18,206 nucleotides of DNA from Candidatus Latescibacterota bacterium (GCA_965205655.1 CBDBIJ010000078.1:1-18206); one strand, 5' to 3'. Positions 1-8,520 are shown, counted from the stretch's first letter. The notes: a model not told the origin generated them from the letters alone. Made by a program: numbers and translations.

Positions 1-400
1 CAGCGGGGCGATTAAGGCGGCGCGCGCCGACGAGGATATTCCGCCGAGTCAGGAGGCGAAAACCTACAGCGATCTAGGTGGATGCCACTACCAGGAGGGG
101 AATCTGAGGAAGGCGGAGGAGTGGTTTCGGGCAGCCATTCAGGTCGATTCCGGCCTGGTGGAAGCGCACTTCAACCTGATCAACCTGCTGCTCAAGGAAG
201 ACCGCAGAGATGAGGCGAAGGAAGCGCTCGTAACCGCATCGCGCCTGGCGCCCAGTTCGCGTTACGGTCTGTTCGAGGGGAGGTTGAAGAGCAAGGAGAG
301 CTGGGAGGAGTGGAACCCCTTGTGGATGAAGATCGTCGCCTTCGGACTCCTCGGTGGAATCATCATCTTCGCGATCTATCGTTCCCTGAAATCGAAATAG
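1..400 (+). CDS. Tetratricopeptide-repeat protein with C-terminal transmembrane helix (5'-truncated by window edge)
   Basis: The frame of ORF 158..400 is open back to base 2: ...AKTYSDLGGCHYQEGNLRKAEEWFRAAIQVDSGLVEAHFNLINLLLKEDRRDEAKEALVTASRLAP, two TPR-like units. A hydrophobic helix IVAFGLLGGIIIFAIY and a basic tail follow; stop TAG ends at 400. Confidence 0.8.
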   Translation, partial: SGAIKAARADEDIPPSQEAKTYSDLGGCHYQEGNLRKAEEWFRAAIQVDSGLVEAHFNLINLLLKEDRRDEAKEALVTASRLAPSSRYGLFEGRLKSKESWEEWNPLWMKIVAFGLLGGIIIFAIYRSLKSK

Positions 401-428
401 CGCCCCTTACGGCAGCTGCCTGACGCGT

Positions 429-457
429 TTGACGACTTGTGAGAACGCTGCTACATT
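429..457 (+). promoter_or_regulatory. Sigma70-type promoter for the riboswitch/btu operon
   Basis: -35 TTGACG (429-434), 17-bp spacer, extended -10 TG-C-TACATT (449-457). It lies about 15 nt upstream of the riboswitch P1 stem. Confidence 0.75.
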
Positions 458-471
458 GGGTGCCAGATAAA

Positions 472-727
472 CGGCTCGTGGTGCTGGAAAATGGACTCGC
501 CGCCACAGGCGGCTCACCCATTTTTTTGAGAATAGGGAAGGCGGTGAAAATCCGCCACGGCCCCGCCACTGTGACCGGTCGCAACGGTTTCGACCGTTGC
601 TGCGTTGCACGGACGGTTTAAAGTCCGCAACCACTGATCTTCGAAGGGTCAACACCCCATGGTGCTGACTGCTCGAGATTGCGAAGGAGCGACGCAGGCC
701 GGAAGTCAGGAGACCTGCCCAGAGCCG
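472..727 (+). ncRNA. Cobalamin (AdoCbl-type) riboswitch
   Basis: Conserved elements occur in order: GGTG...AATAGGGAA, GGCGGTGAAAATCCGCC hairpin, CCCCGCCACTGTGA, CCACTG...GCGAAGG, and B12-box AGTCAGGAGACCTGCC. P1 pairs CGGCTC (472-477) with GAGCCG (722-727). It sits directly upstream of B12 transport genes. Confidence 0.95.
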
Positions 728-786
728 AGAGAGCAATGCCTTCGCGGGAGAGGCGTACCTCAGCTCGGATTCCGGCCACGCCGTCG

Positions 787-818
787 AACCGACCTCACCG
801 CAGGTCGGTTTTTTTTTT
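787..818 (+). terminator. Intrinsic terminator/attenuator in the riboswitch expression platform
   Basis: 9-bp stem AACCGACCT (787-795) / AGGTCGGTT (802-810) with a 6-nt loop, then a T-run to 818. It lies between the aptamer and the first start codon (875). Confidence 0.85.
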
Positions 819-874
819 GGCCAGACAAACCTTCCCGCAGAAGCTCGTCGACTTCGTAAAGGACAGCGCCAGGG

Positions 875-1723
875 ATGACTGCACCCGAATCACTTCTCGA
901 GCTCGTATCGGTGTCGGCCGGCTATGAATCCGGTCGGTCAGTCGTCTGCGACGTCGATCTCTCGATCGAGGAAGGGGAGTTTGTCGGCTTGATCGGCCCA
1001 AATGGCTGTGGGAAAACGACGCTCATGCGGGCAATCACAGGCATACTTGCACCCAATCAGGGACATATCAGACTCTCAGGGAAAAGCCTTAATTTGCTGT
1101 CCCGCAAAGAAATAGCAAGGAGCTTTTCGGTTGTTCCTCAGGAGACGGCGCAGGTGTTCGCCTTCTCGGTCAGGGAAACGGTTGCCATGGGTCGAAGTCC
1201 GTACATCGGTCGATTTCGCGGGCCCAGCGGCACAGACGAGGAGATCGTCGAGCAGGCTCTCACCCGCACTGATACAGCAGCTCTGGCCGCTCGCTCCATA
1301 CTCGAGCTGTCGGGCGGCGAGCGGCAGCGGGTCGTCATTGCCAGGGCCCTGGCTCAACAACCGCGCATCCTGTTGCTCGATGAACCCACCAACCATCTGG
1401 ACATCAATCATCAGATAGAGGTGTTCGATCTGCTTCTCGAACTGAACCGCAAGCGGCGCATTACCATCATCTGCGTGACTCACGATCTGAATTACGCCGC
1501 CGAGTACTGCGACAGAATCGTATTGATGCATGAGGGTCGAATTCGCGCAGATGGACCGCCCGAGCAGGTCATCACGGCAACGACGATCCGTCAGGTGTAC
1601 GGCGTTACAGTTCTGGTGGAGGCATCCGGCGATGGCCGACCCCGCGTGAGTCCGCTCTCTCGACGGGACGAGCTGACGGGGATCGGGACAATTACATCGC
1701 AGGAAGTCGGGTTGGACCGCTGA
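875..1723 (+). CDS. btuD: Cobalamin/iron-chelate ABC transporter ATP-binding protein (BtuD/FepC-like)
   Basis: Walker A GPNGCGKTT, Q-loop VPQ, signature LSGGERQR, Walker B LLLDEP, H-loop VTHDL. First gene after the B12 riboswitch. Confidence 0.88.
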   Translation: MTAPESLLELVSVSAGYESGRSVVCDVDLSIEEGEFVGLIGPNGCGKTTLMRAITGILAPNQGHIRLSGKSLNLLSRKEIARSFSVVPQETAQVFAFSVRETVAMGRSPYIGRFRGPSGTDEEIVEQALTRTDTAALAARSILELSGGERQRVVIARALAQQPRILLLDEPTNHLDINHQIEVFDLLLELNRKRRITIICVTHDLNYAAEYCDRIVLMHEGRIRADGPPEQVITATTIRQVYGVTVLVEASGDGRPRVSPLSRRDELTGIGTITSQEVGLDR

Positions 1724-1728
1724 TTCCC

Positions 1729-2697
1729 GTGATGACACACCAGTGGCGGTGCTTCCTCTCCCTACTCTCGCTCGTCTCCCTCCTGGTCGGACGCAGTGCT
1801 GAGGTCGACGCAGAGGCGGACCCGGATCTAGAGAGCACCACGCGCTCGCGAATCCCCGTTGCCACCATTGACGATCTTGGCGATACGGTTGCTCTCGAGG
1901 CTGTTCCTCAGCGGATCGTGTCACTGGCACCGAGCAACACGGAGATGCTCTTCTCCCTCGGTTTGGGAGATTGGGTTGTCGGTGTGACAGAGTATTGCAA
2001 CTACCCCCAGGCAGCCGACCGGATCGAGCGCGTGGCCGGATTTTCGACGCTCAATGCAGAGAAAGTCGCCTCGGTCGAGCCCGACCTCGTGCTCGCGGCG
2101 CGCGGCAACGATTTGGAAGGGCTTCAGACCATTCGGCAGATGGGTATTCCCGTCTTTGCTCTGGATGTTCGGTCCGTGGAGCAGCTCATCGCCGCCGTCG
2201 GTCGGCTCGGCAGGCTCACCGGTGCCACCTCCAGTTCAACTGATCTCGCGCAGCGTCTCCGTGTCCGTGTCGATCGCGTCCGAAGAGCGGTCGCCAGGAT
2301 CGACGCGGATCCGCCACGGGTTCTGTGGGGCTACTGGGGAGAGCCGATCTATACGGCCGGGGGAGGCACCATCATCGACAATGTCATTCACCTGGCAGGC
2401 GGACAGAACGTGGCCAGATCGGCACCGGGGAGCTGGCCGCAGATCAGCCTCGAATCGCTCGTCGCCCTCGCTCCCGAAGTGATCATCACGACTTCCTCGC
2501 CGGGCGGCGCCGGCGCTATGGCTGGACAAATCGAACGACTCCGCACCCTCGAAGGCTGGAAGAGCCTTCCGGCTGTAAGAGCGGGCCGCGTGCATTTCGT
2601 CGACGCCGACCTGCTCACCCGACCAGGTCCGAGACTGGTTGAGGCACTGGAGCAATTGGCTGCGATTTTCTATCCGGAGATCGAATTCACGGAATGA
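1729..2697 (+). CDS. btuF: Cobalamin-binding periplasmic protein (BtuF-like helical-backbone substrate-binding protein)
   Basis: N-terminal signal peptide. Motifs PQRIVSLAPSNTEMLFSLG, VGVTEYCNYP and DLLTRPGPRLVEALE are typical of BtuF-like proteins. Confidence 0.88.
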   Translation: MMTHQWRCFLSLLSLVSLLVGRSAEVDAEADPDLESTTRSRIPVATIDDLGDTVALEAVPQRIVSLAPSNTEMLFSLGLGDWVVGVTEYCNYPQAADRIERVAGFSTLNAEKVASVEPDLVLAARGNDLEGLQTIRQMGIPVFALDVRSVEQLIAAVGRLGRLTGATSSSTDLAQRLRVRVDRVRRAVARIDADPPRVLWGYWGEPIYTAGGGTIIDNVIHLAGGQNVARSAPGSWPQISLESLVALAPEVIITTSSPGGAGAMAGQIERLRTLEGWKSLPAVRAGRVHFVDADLLTRPGPRLVEALEQLAAIFYPEIEFTE

Positions 2698-3728
2698 GCC
2701 CAACGGCGCCGTTCGGGCGAATCGGCATCGCGCTGCCGGCCCTCTTTCTGCTGCTCCTCATTCTCGTTGTCCTGTCGCTTGGAATCGGCCCGGTCGACAT
2801 CGAAGCGGGCCGAATCGCCGAGCTCATCTTGAAAGGGGAGTCGGAGACGGCCGCCGCGCGTAGCGCCGAGTCGGTTATCGTGCGTTCCATTCGGTCTCCG
2901 CGGGTATTGCTGGCGGTGTTCGTGGGGGCCCTGCTGGCGTTGAGTGGCGCCGTCATGCAGGGATTCTTCCAGAATCCGATGGCCGATCCGTACATCATCG
3001 GCGTCTCCTCGGGGTCCGCTCTCGGGGCCACGCTGGCGCTGGCGCTGTCAATCGACTTCTGGATTTTCGGCATCCATTCAGTTTCCGTGCTCGCCTTCGT
3101 TGGCGCGCTGTCGGTGACATTCGTCGTGTACGGGATTTCAGTTCGCGGCGGGCGAGTGCCGGTAACGGTCCTGTTGCTCACGGGAGTCGCGGTAGGCTCG
3201 CTGGCAGCGGCGCTCACCTCATTTGTGATGATCACCAGTCACGAAAATCTCCATCGCATTCTCTTCTGGCTGTTGGGAAGCCTGTCGTCGCGCCGCTGGG
3301 AGCACGTGCAGATGATCTGGCCCTGCGCCCTGGTGGGTATCGTAGTGCTGCAGGTCTATGCGAACGACCTGAACATTCTCCTGCAGGGCGAGGAGACCGC
3401 CCGCTACCTCGGAGTCGAGGTAGAGCGAGTGAAGGCACTCCTCCTCGTCGTCGTGGCTTTACTGACAGCCGCCGCCGTCGCTGTGAGCGGCATCATCGGG
3501 TTCGTCGGTCTCGTCGTGCCGCACATCATGCGACTGCTCGTCGGCCCCGATCACCGCAAGCTGCTTCCAGCCTCAATTCTCGGCGGGGCCATTCTGCTCG
3601 TGGGGGCCGACATTCTCGCCCGAACGCTCATCGCCCCCGCGGAGATTCCAATCGGCGTGATCACCTCCGTCCTCGGTTGCCCGTTCTTCTTGTTTCTCCT
3701 GAGCCGCCGAAGAGAGCTGAGACTATGA
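2694..3728 (+). CDS. btuC: FecCD/BtuC-family ABC permease
   Basis: Multiple TM helices with motifs IRSPRVLLA, QGFFQNPMADPYIIGVSSG, GIIGFVGLVVPHIMR and EIPIGVITSVLGCPFF. ATGA overlap with the btuF stop. Confidence 0.9.
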   Translation: MSPTAPFGRIGIALPALFLLLLILVVLSLGIGPVDIEAGRIAELILKGESETAAARSAESVIVRSIRSPRVLLAVFVGALLALSGAVMQGFFQNPMADPYIIGVSSGSALGATLALALSIDFWIFGIHSVSVLAFVGALSVTFVVYGISVRGGRVPVTVLLLTGVAVGSLAAALTSFVMITSHENLHRILFWLLGSLSSRRWEHVQMIWPCALVGIVVLQVYANDLNILLQGEETARYLGVEVERVKALLLVVVALLTAAAVAVSGIIGFVGLVVPHIMRLLVGPDHRKLLPASILGGAILLVGADILARTLIAPAEIPIGVITSVLGCPFFLFLLSRRRELRL

Positions 3729-3746
3729 AACGAACGCACGCGCGGC

Positions 3747-4175
3747 CTGTCGCGCCGTCATTTTCTCGGCAGAATCCTCTTCGGAGGCGGCACTGCGGTC
3801 GCCGTGGGCGCCGAGCTGGCTGCCTGTGCCACCACGAGCAGCCTTGCAGTCGCCGTGGAGGGCGGCCGAATCAGCATGGATTTGACGGAGTTGAACGAGC
3901 GCATGAGCGGGGGAAACGCCATCGTGTTGACAGCTCCCGAATTGTCCGAGGCGATTCTCCTCCTGCGTCGGGATAGCGGCGAGTTCGAGGCGATCGGCTC
4001 TCGATGCACTCACCTGGGCTGTCGAGTGAGACCCACCGGTCACGTGTTGAGCTGTCCCTGTCACGGATCGGCGTTCGACCTCGACGGCACGGTGCTGCGC
4101 GGCCCCGCCCAAAAGCCTTTGAACCGCTACAATATCTCGATGACGGACGGGCTCCTCACCGTGTCTGGTGTCTGA
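3747..4175 (+). CDS. Rieske [2Fe-2S] protein with Tat signal and lipobox (start uncertain)
   Basis: Rieske boxes CTHLGC and CPCHGS, plus the GPA motif. Upstream of the called GTG at 3804 the same frame encodes SRRHFL (3750-3767), a hydrophobic stretch and LAAC (Cys 3825). The nearest ATG (3725) is out of frame; CTG 3747 is the in-frame alternative. Confidence 0.85.
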   Translation: MSRRHFLGRILFGGGTAVAVGAELAACATTSSLAVAVEGGRISMDLTELNERMSGGNAIVLTAPELSEAILLLRRDSGEFEAIGSRCTHLGCRVRPTGHVLSCPCHGSAFDLDGTVLRGPAQKPLNRYNISMTDGLLTVSGV

Positions 4176-4177
4176 AG

Positions 4178-4783
4178 GTGAACGGCGGGGATAGGATCAC
4201 GATCGTATCGGGCCTGCCGCGGTCGGGAACCTCTATGGCAATGAAGATGCTGGAGGCGGGCGGAATCGAGCCGCTCACGGATCGACTTCGGGTGTCCGAC
4301 GAGGACAATCCCGGGGGCTACTACGAGTTTGAGCCGGTGAAAAAGCTCATGGAGGACGCCGGCTGGCTCGGCTGCGCCGAGGGCAAGGTCGTGAAGATCA
4401 TCTCGCGGCTGCTGTACGAGCTGCCCGGCGAGCGCACCTACCGGGTAATCTTCATGGAGCGAAGCATGGAAGAGATCCTCGCCTCGCAGCGGCGGATGCT
4501 GAAAAGAGGAGGGGTAGAAGAAAAAGATGAGCTGGGCCCGCTGTTCGAAAAACACCTCGAGGAGGTGAGACGCTGGCTCGAGCAGCAGCAGAATTTCGAC
4601 GTCCTCTTCGTCCAGTTCAGTGCCGTGCACGCCGACCCTCAGGGCGAGGCTGAACGCATGAACGGGTTTCTGGAAGGGTGTTTCGACGTCGCCAGCATGG
4701 CAGCGGTGGTCGAAGGGCGACTCTATCGGCAAAGAATTGTAAGAGAGAGCGAGGCGACGTCGTGTTCGGGCGAGTCGGACTGA
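4178..4783 (+). CDS. Sulfotransferase-family protein (P-loop, PAPS-binding)
   Basis: N-terminal IVSGLPRSGTS 5'-PSB loop, DNPGGYYE, and VIFMERSMEEILASQ (3'-PB-like). The likely start is GTG 4178, 2 bp after the Rieske stop; the ORF-track start at 4004 overlaps the Rieske gene. Confidence 0.85.
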   Translation: MNGGDRITIVSGLPRSGTSMAMKMLEAGGIEPLTDRLRVSDEDNPGGYYEFEPVKKLMEDAGWLGCAEGKVVKIISRLLYELPGERTYRVIFMERSMEEILASQRRMLKRGGVEEKDELGPLFEKHLEEVRRWLEQQQNFDVLFVQFSAVHADPQGEAERMNGFLEGCFDVASMAAVVEGRLYRQRIVRESEATSCSGESD

Positions 4784-7071
4784 CGAGCGAACCGAAGCCC
4801 GCCTGGGGTCTGGTTGCATCCCTTGCGTTCCTGTCGCTGGCCGCGCCGGCGGTGGCGCGAGCGGAGACCGAGGAGGTGCGCGGTCGAGTCGTGGATGCAA
4901 TGAGCAAACGGCCGTTAGCTGGCGCCGTCCTCGAGGTCGTGCTCGAACCGAAGAGCGACTCGGGTGACGTCGTGAGGCTGCACGCTGTGAGTGACAGCGG
5001 CGGCAACTTCGTTTTTCGAAGAATGGCGGCGGGCACCTGGCGCATCAGAGTGTCGCAGTTGGGGTACGACTATGGACAGATGAGCATCTCAGTCCCCCTT
5101 GAAGTTTCACCCGTGCAGATCGAGCTGCAACCACAGCCCGTCGTCATGGACGAGATGATCGTCCGCGGGCGAGCCGCGCCGGAAGAGGACTACGCCGCCG
5201 CTTTCGTGGAAGTGATTCCAGTAGCCGATAAATCGGCTATTTCGCTCGCCGAGATACTCGACCGCTCCACTGGTGTTAGCATCAGACGCTACGGCGGCCT
5301 GGGCAGTTTCAGCACCGTGTCGATTCGGGGATCGACGGCAGAGCAGGTGCTCGTTTTTCTGGATGGGGTCCCGCTCAATCACGCCGTCGGAGGCGCCGTC
5401 GATATGGGGCGGCTGCCGGTGAGCGGAGTGGAGAGTGTGGAGATTTATCGGGGCGCCGTTCCCGCCCGATACGGGGGCAACAGCATCGGCGGTGTCGTCC
5501 ACATCCGCACCCAGTCGGCCTCGATGTCGGCGAGAAGGCAAATCAGCGCCACAATAGGATCCTTCGGGACGACGCTGCTGACCGGCAGCTTTGGCAGGCG
5601 TTCCGGAAACACGGAGTTTTTCGGCCTGCTCGACTACGGAACGAGCCGCAGCGACTTTCGGTTTTTCGACGACAATGGCACCGAGTACAACAAGCAGGAC
5701 GACGAATGGGTGAAGCGCCGCAACAGTGATTTTCGTTCGCTGAGAGCATTGGGGAACGTCCGCAGGGCGTGGGGCCGCTCACGTGTGCGCCTCAGAAACG
5801 CCTTCGACCTCAAATATCAGGGTGTCCCCGGGTTGGGGAATTTCCAGGCCCTGAGAGCACGATCCGACGGCTGGAGGAACATCACCGAACTTGAGATCTT
5901 CGGTTCCGTCGACGCGGGAGTACCTGGCGGCTACCGGATGGTGGGCTATCACGCCTTACAGCGCGACGCCTATCGCGATCCGGACGGGGAGGTCGGGACC
6001 GGGGTTCAGGAGGATCGCAACGACAGCAGGGCGACGGGCTTGCGGGCAGAGCTCAACATTCTGCTCAGTCGAGCGCTCGTCAGCGGCTTCGCGGCTCTGC
6101 GTCGCGAGACCTTTTCCCCCGAGGATCTGCTGAGGCCGGAGAGCCGACTGCTCGGGAGCAGGCGTCGATCAGCCACGGCGGGATTGGAGACGGAGGTTCC
6201 GCTCGCCGACCGCAGAGTTCGAGTCGTCGCCGGCGGGCAGGCCGAGGTCATCGACGACGCACTGGCGCCGGGCTACCACGGCGAAACCAGAATTGCGGGA
6301 CAGGCCGAGGAGCGGCAAAGCAACCGTCAGGGCCTGATAGGAGGCCGGATCGGCGGGAGAGCGCACCTGGCGCGAGGGCTGCACGTGAAATGGCACCGCG
6401 GCATATACGAGCGGGCGCCCAGTTTCTACGAACTCTTCGGTGACCGCGGCGCACTCGTGGGAAACAGGGATCTGCGCAGCGAGCGCGGCGACAACTCGGA
6501 TTTTGGCGTGGTCTACGAAATCGATCCAACAAGGCGAGACTGGCGAGCGCGGGCGGAGCTATCCCTGTTCAGCAACAATGTTAAACGCCTCATCCGCTTT
6601 GTGCAGAATTCGCAGTATGTCTCCCGCCCGCACAACATCGGCAAGGCGAGAATTCGCGGGATCGAAACTCGGGCAATGGTAAAATTGGGTGAGACCGCAG
6701 GAATGGATGCGAGATACGCATACCAGAATGCAGAGAATCGCTCATCTTTTCCACACGAACGCGGCAACGACCTGCCGAATGCCCCGAGGCATATCGTACA
6801 CGTGAATGCCGATCTGTCTGTCGGGAACCATGATCTCCGATATGAACTGAGCCGCGAAAGTCAGCATTTCCTCGACAAGGCAAACCTTCGTGAGGTGCCG
6901 GGGCGGTTCGTGCACAGCGCGGTGGCCCGAAGGCGGCTGTGGGCCGCAAGTGAGTTCAAACTCGAGGTGCGCAACCTCACAGACGACCAGGTCGTGGACC
7001 TGTGGGGATATCCACTGCCAGGTCGCTCGCTGTTTGTGAGCGTGACGCAGCGAGGGGAACACGCTTTCTAA
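4762..7071 (+). CDS. btuB: TonB-dependent receptor (BtuB-like) with N-terminal carboxypeptidase-regulatory-like domain
   Basis: Signal peptide (...AAPAVARA), GRVVDAMSKRPLAGA domain, TonB-box-like DEMIVRG, plug motif SIRGSTAEQVLVFLDGVPLN...VEIYRG...GGVVHI, C-terminal NLTD...GYPLPGRSLFVSV and terminal Phe. Start chosen at GTG 4762 (GAGG at 4751). Substrate is inferred from the riboswitch context. Confidence 0.85.
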   Translation: MFGRVGLTSEPKPAWGLVASLAFLSLAAPAVARAETEEVRGRVVDAMSKRPLAGAVLEVVLEPKSDSGDVVRLHAVSDSGGNFVFRRMAAGTWRIRVSQLGYDYGQMSISVPLEVSPVQIELQPQPVVMDEMIVRGRAAPEEDYAAAFVEVIPVADKSAISLAEILDRSTGVSIRRYGGLGSFSTVSIRGSTAEQVLVFLDGVPLNHAVGGAVDMGRLPVSGVESVEIYRGAVPARYGGNSIGGVVHIRTQSASMSARRQISATIGSFGTTLLTGSFGRRSGNTEFFGLLDYGTSRSDFRFFDDNGTEYNKQDDEWVKRRNSDFRSLRALGNVRRAWGRSRVRLRNAFDLKYQGVPGLGNFQALRARSDGWRNITELEIFGSVDAGVPGGYRMVGYHALQRDAYRDPDGEVGTGVQEDRNDSRATGLRAELNILLSRALVSGFAALRRETFSPEDLLRPESRLLGSRRRSATAGLETEVPLADRRVRVVAGGQAEVIDDALAPGYHGETRIAGQAEERQSNRQGLIGGRIGGRAHLARGLHVKWHRGIYERAPSFYELFGDRGALVGNRDLRSERGDNSDFGVVYEIDPTRRDWRARAELSLFSNNVKRLIRFVQNSQYVSRPHNIGKARIRGIETRAMVKLGETAGMDARYAYQNAENRSSFPHERGNDLPNAPRHIVHVNADLSVGNHDLRYELSRESQHFLDKANLREVPGRFVHSAVARRRLWAASEFKLEVRNLTDDQVVDLWGYPLPGRSLFVSVTQRGEHAF

Positions 7072-7098
7072 CCCACGCCAACCAGGTCGGGAGGAAAC

Positions 7099-8520
7099 AT
7101 GAGATCGTTGTTGACCAGCTCAGTCTGCGGATTCGGGGTCCTGTCTCTCTTTTCCACCGTCGCCGTGGCAGAATCTGGCCTTTTCGTGTTGACGTCTGAC
7201 TTCGAAACCGGCAGCACGGCCTTTCTGCCGGCGGGCGCCAGTACGGCAGATATCGACTTGCTTACCATTCACAGCGACGCCTCCGCCCGCTATCGCAATG
7301 GGCGTGTCTACGTGCTGAATCGCCTCGGCCAGGACAACGTCCTCGTCCTCGACGCGGACGATTGGCGTAAACCGATTACACAGTTCTCTGTCGGCAACGG
7401 GATGAATCCCCATGACATCGCCTTCGCGGGACCGTCCAAGGCGTACATCTCACGCTACGGCAGCGTCAGCGTGCTCATCGTGGATCCGAGAGACGGAACA
7501 GAGCTCGGCGAAATCGATCTGAGCGGGTTCGCCGATGCCGACGGGCTGCCGGAGATGTCGCAGATGGCCATGATTGGCTCACGGCTTTACGTGGCCTGCC
7601 AGCGCTTGGATCGCGATGGCGGTTTCGAACCAGTGTCGCCGAGTGTGCTCGCCGTCATCGATACGGAAACGGACGCGCTCGTCGACATGGATTCGAGCCG
7701 CGATGGAGTTCAGGGGTGGGAACTGAGCGCGACGAATCCGAACAGTCTCATCGCGGTGGGTGGAAACCAGCTCTTCGTCTCGATGACGGGTTCTTTCGGA
7801 GACATGACGGGCGGGATTGAGATTCTGGATGTAGCCGACGGCAACACTCGCGGACTGGTCCTCACAGAGACAGAGCTGGGGGGAGATCTGAATTGGCTTG
7901 AGCTTGTCTCGAACGTAAAGGGTTTTGTCGTCGTCTCCGACGAAAACTTTATGAATCACATCAAGCCTGTCGATCTGGCCAGCGGCACTGTTGGCCAGGC
8001 CCTTCCCGAGCACTCGACGGGATTCACTCAAAGTCTGTCCGTTGACGGAGCGCGACTGATCGTCCCCGACCCAGGTACGTTCGACAACCCCGAGAGTGCC
8101 GGCCTCCTTATCTTCGACGCCCACACCGACGAGTTCATCGAGGGGCCCATTCCGGTGGGGCTTCCGCCGCTGCGGGTGGTCGTGCTCGATGACGCCCCTG
8201 TCATAACGGCGGTTCTCGAGGAGGGTTTGCCCGTGCCGCTGCAGTCGTCTCTGGAGGCAGCCTACCCGAATCCGTTCAACGCTGACGTCTCGATTCCCTT
8301 CGCCGTCTCCAATGCCGGAAAGGAGGTGCGCCTCGTAGTCTACGACAGTCTGGGTCAGACGGTCCGCACCGTTTTGAACGCGAGACTGCCGGGCGGAAGA
8401 TACCGGGTCGCGTGGGACGGGCGAGACGAATCCGGAGAGGTATTGGGCAACGGTGTCTATGTTATCGCAATGCGAGCCGGCGACATTCGGCTACGGCAAA
8501 AGGTGATCTTGCTTAAATGA
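7099..8520 (+). CDS. Secreted YncE/BtuG-like beta-propeller protein with C-terminal FlgD-Ig/T9SS-type sorting domain
   Basis: RBS GGAGG and Sec signal ending AVA|ES. Propeller-like blades (NPHDIAFAGPSKAYISRY, RLYVACQ, LAVIDTETD). C-terminal AYPNPFN...VRLVVYDSLGQTVRT...VAWDGRDESG...GNGVY...KVILLK. Confidence 0.75.
   Translation: MRSLLTSSVCGFGVLSLFSTVAVAESGLFVLTSDFETGSTAFLPAGASTADIDLLTIHSDASARYRNGRVYVLNRLGQDNVLVLDADDWRKPITQFSVGNGMNPHDIAFAGPSKAYISRYGSVSVLIVDPRDGTELGEIDLSGFADADGLPEMSQMAMIGSRLYVACQRLDRDGGFEPVSPSVLAVIDTETDALVDMDSSRDGVQGWELSATNPNSLIAVGGNQLFVSMTGSFGDMTGGIEILDVADGNTRGLVLTETELGGDLNWLELVSNVKGFVVVSDENFMNHIKPVDLASGTVGQALPEHSTGFTQSLSVDGARLIVPDPGTFDNPESAGLLIFDAHTDEFIEGPIPVGLPPLRVVVLDDAPVITAVLEEGLPVPLQSSLEAAYPNPFNADVSIPFAVSNAGKEVRLVVYDSLGQTVRTVLNARLPGGRYRVAWDGRDESGEVLGNGVYVIAMRAGDIRLRQKVILLK

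Noticed and set aside
363..1001. Short ORFs on both strands across the riboswitch leader (e.g. 439..621, 659..859, 679..927, 407..736)
   Set aside because: They overlap a well-formed structured RNA and terminator and show no recognisable protein features.
1076..1930. 284-aa antisense ORF
   Set aside because: Shadow of btuD/btuF in high-GC DNA; no motifs.
3677..3976. 99-aa + strand ORF containing the ATG at 3725
   Set aside because: Arg/Pro-rich off-frame translation. It is better explained as the out-of-frame start of the Rieske gene.
4127..4900. 257-aa antisense ORF
   Set aside because: Mirror frame of the sulfotransferase; no independent evidence.
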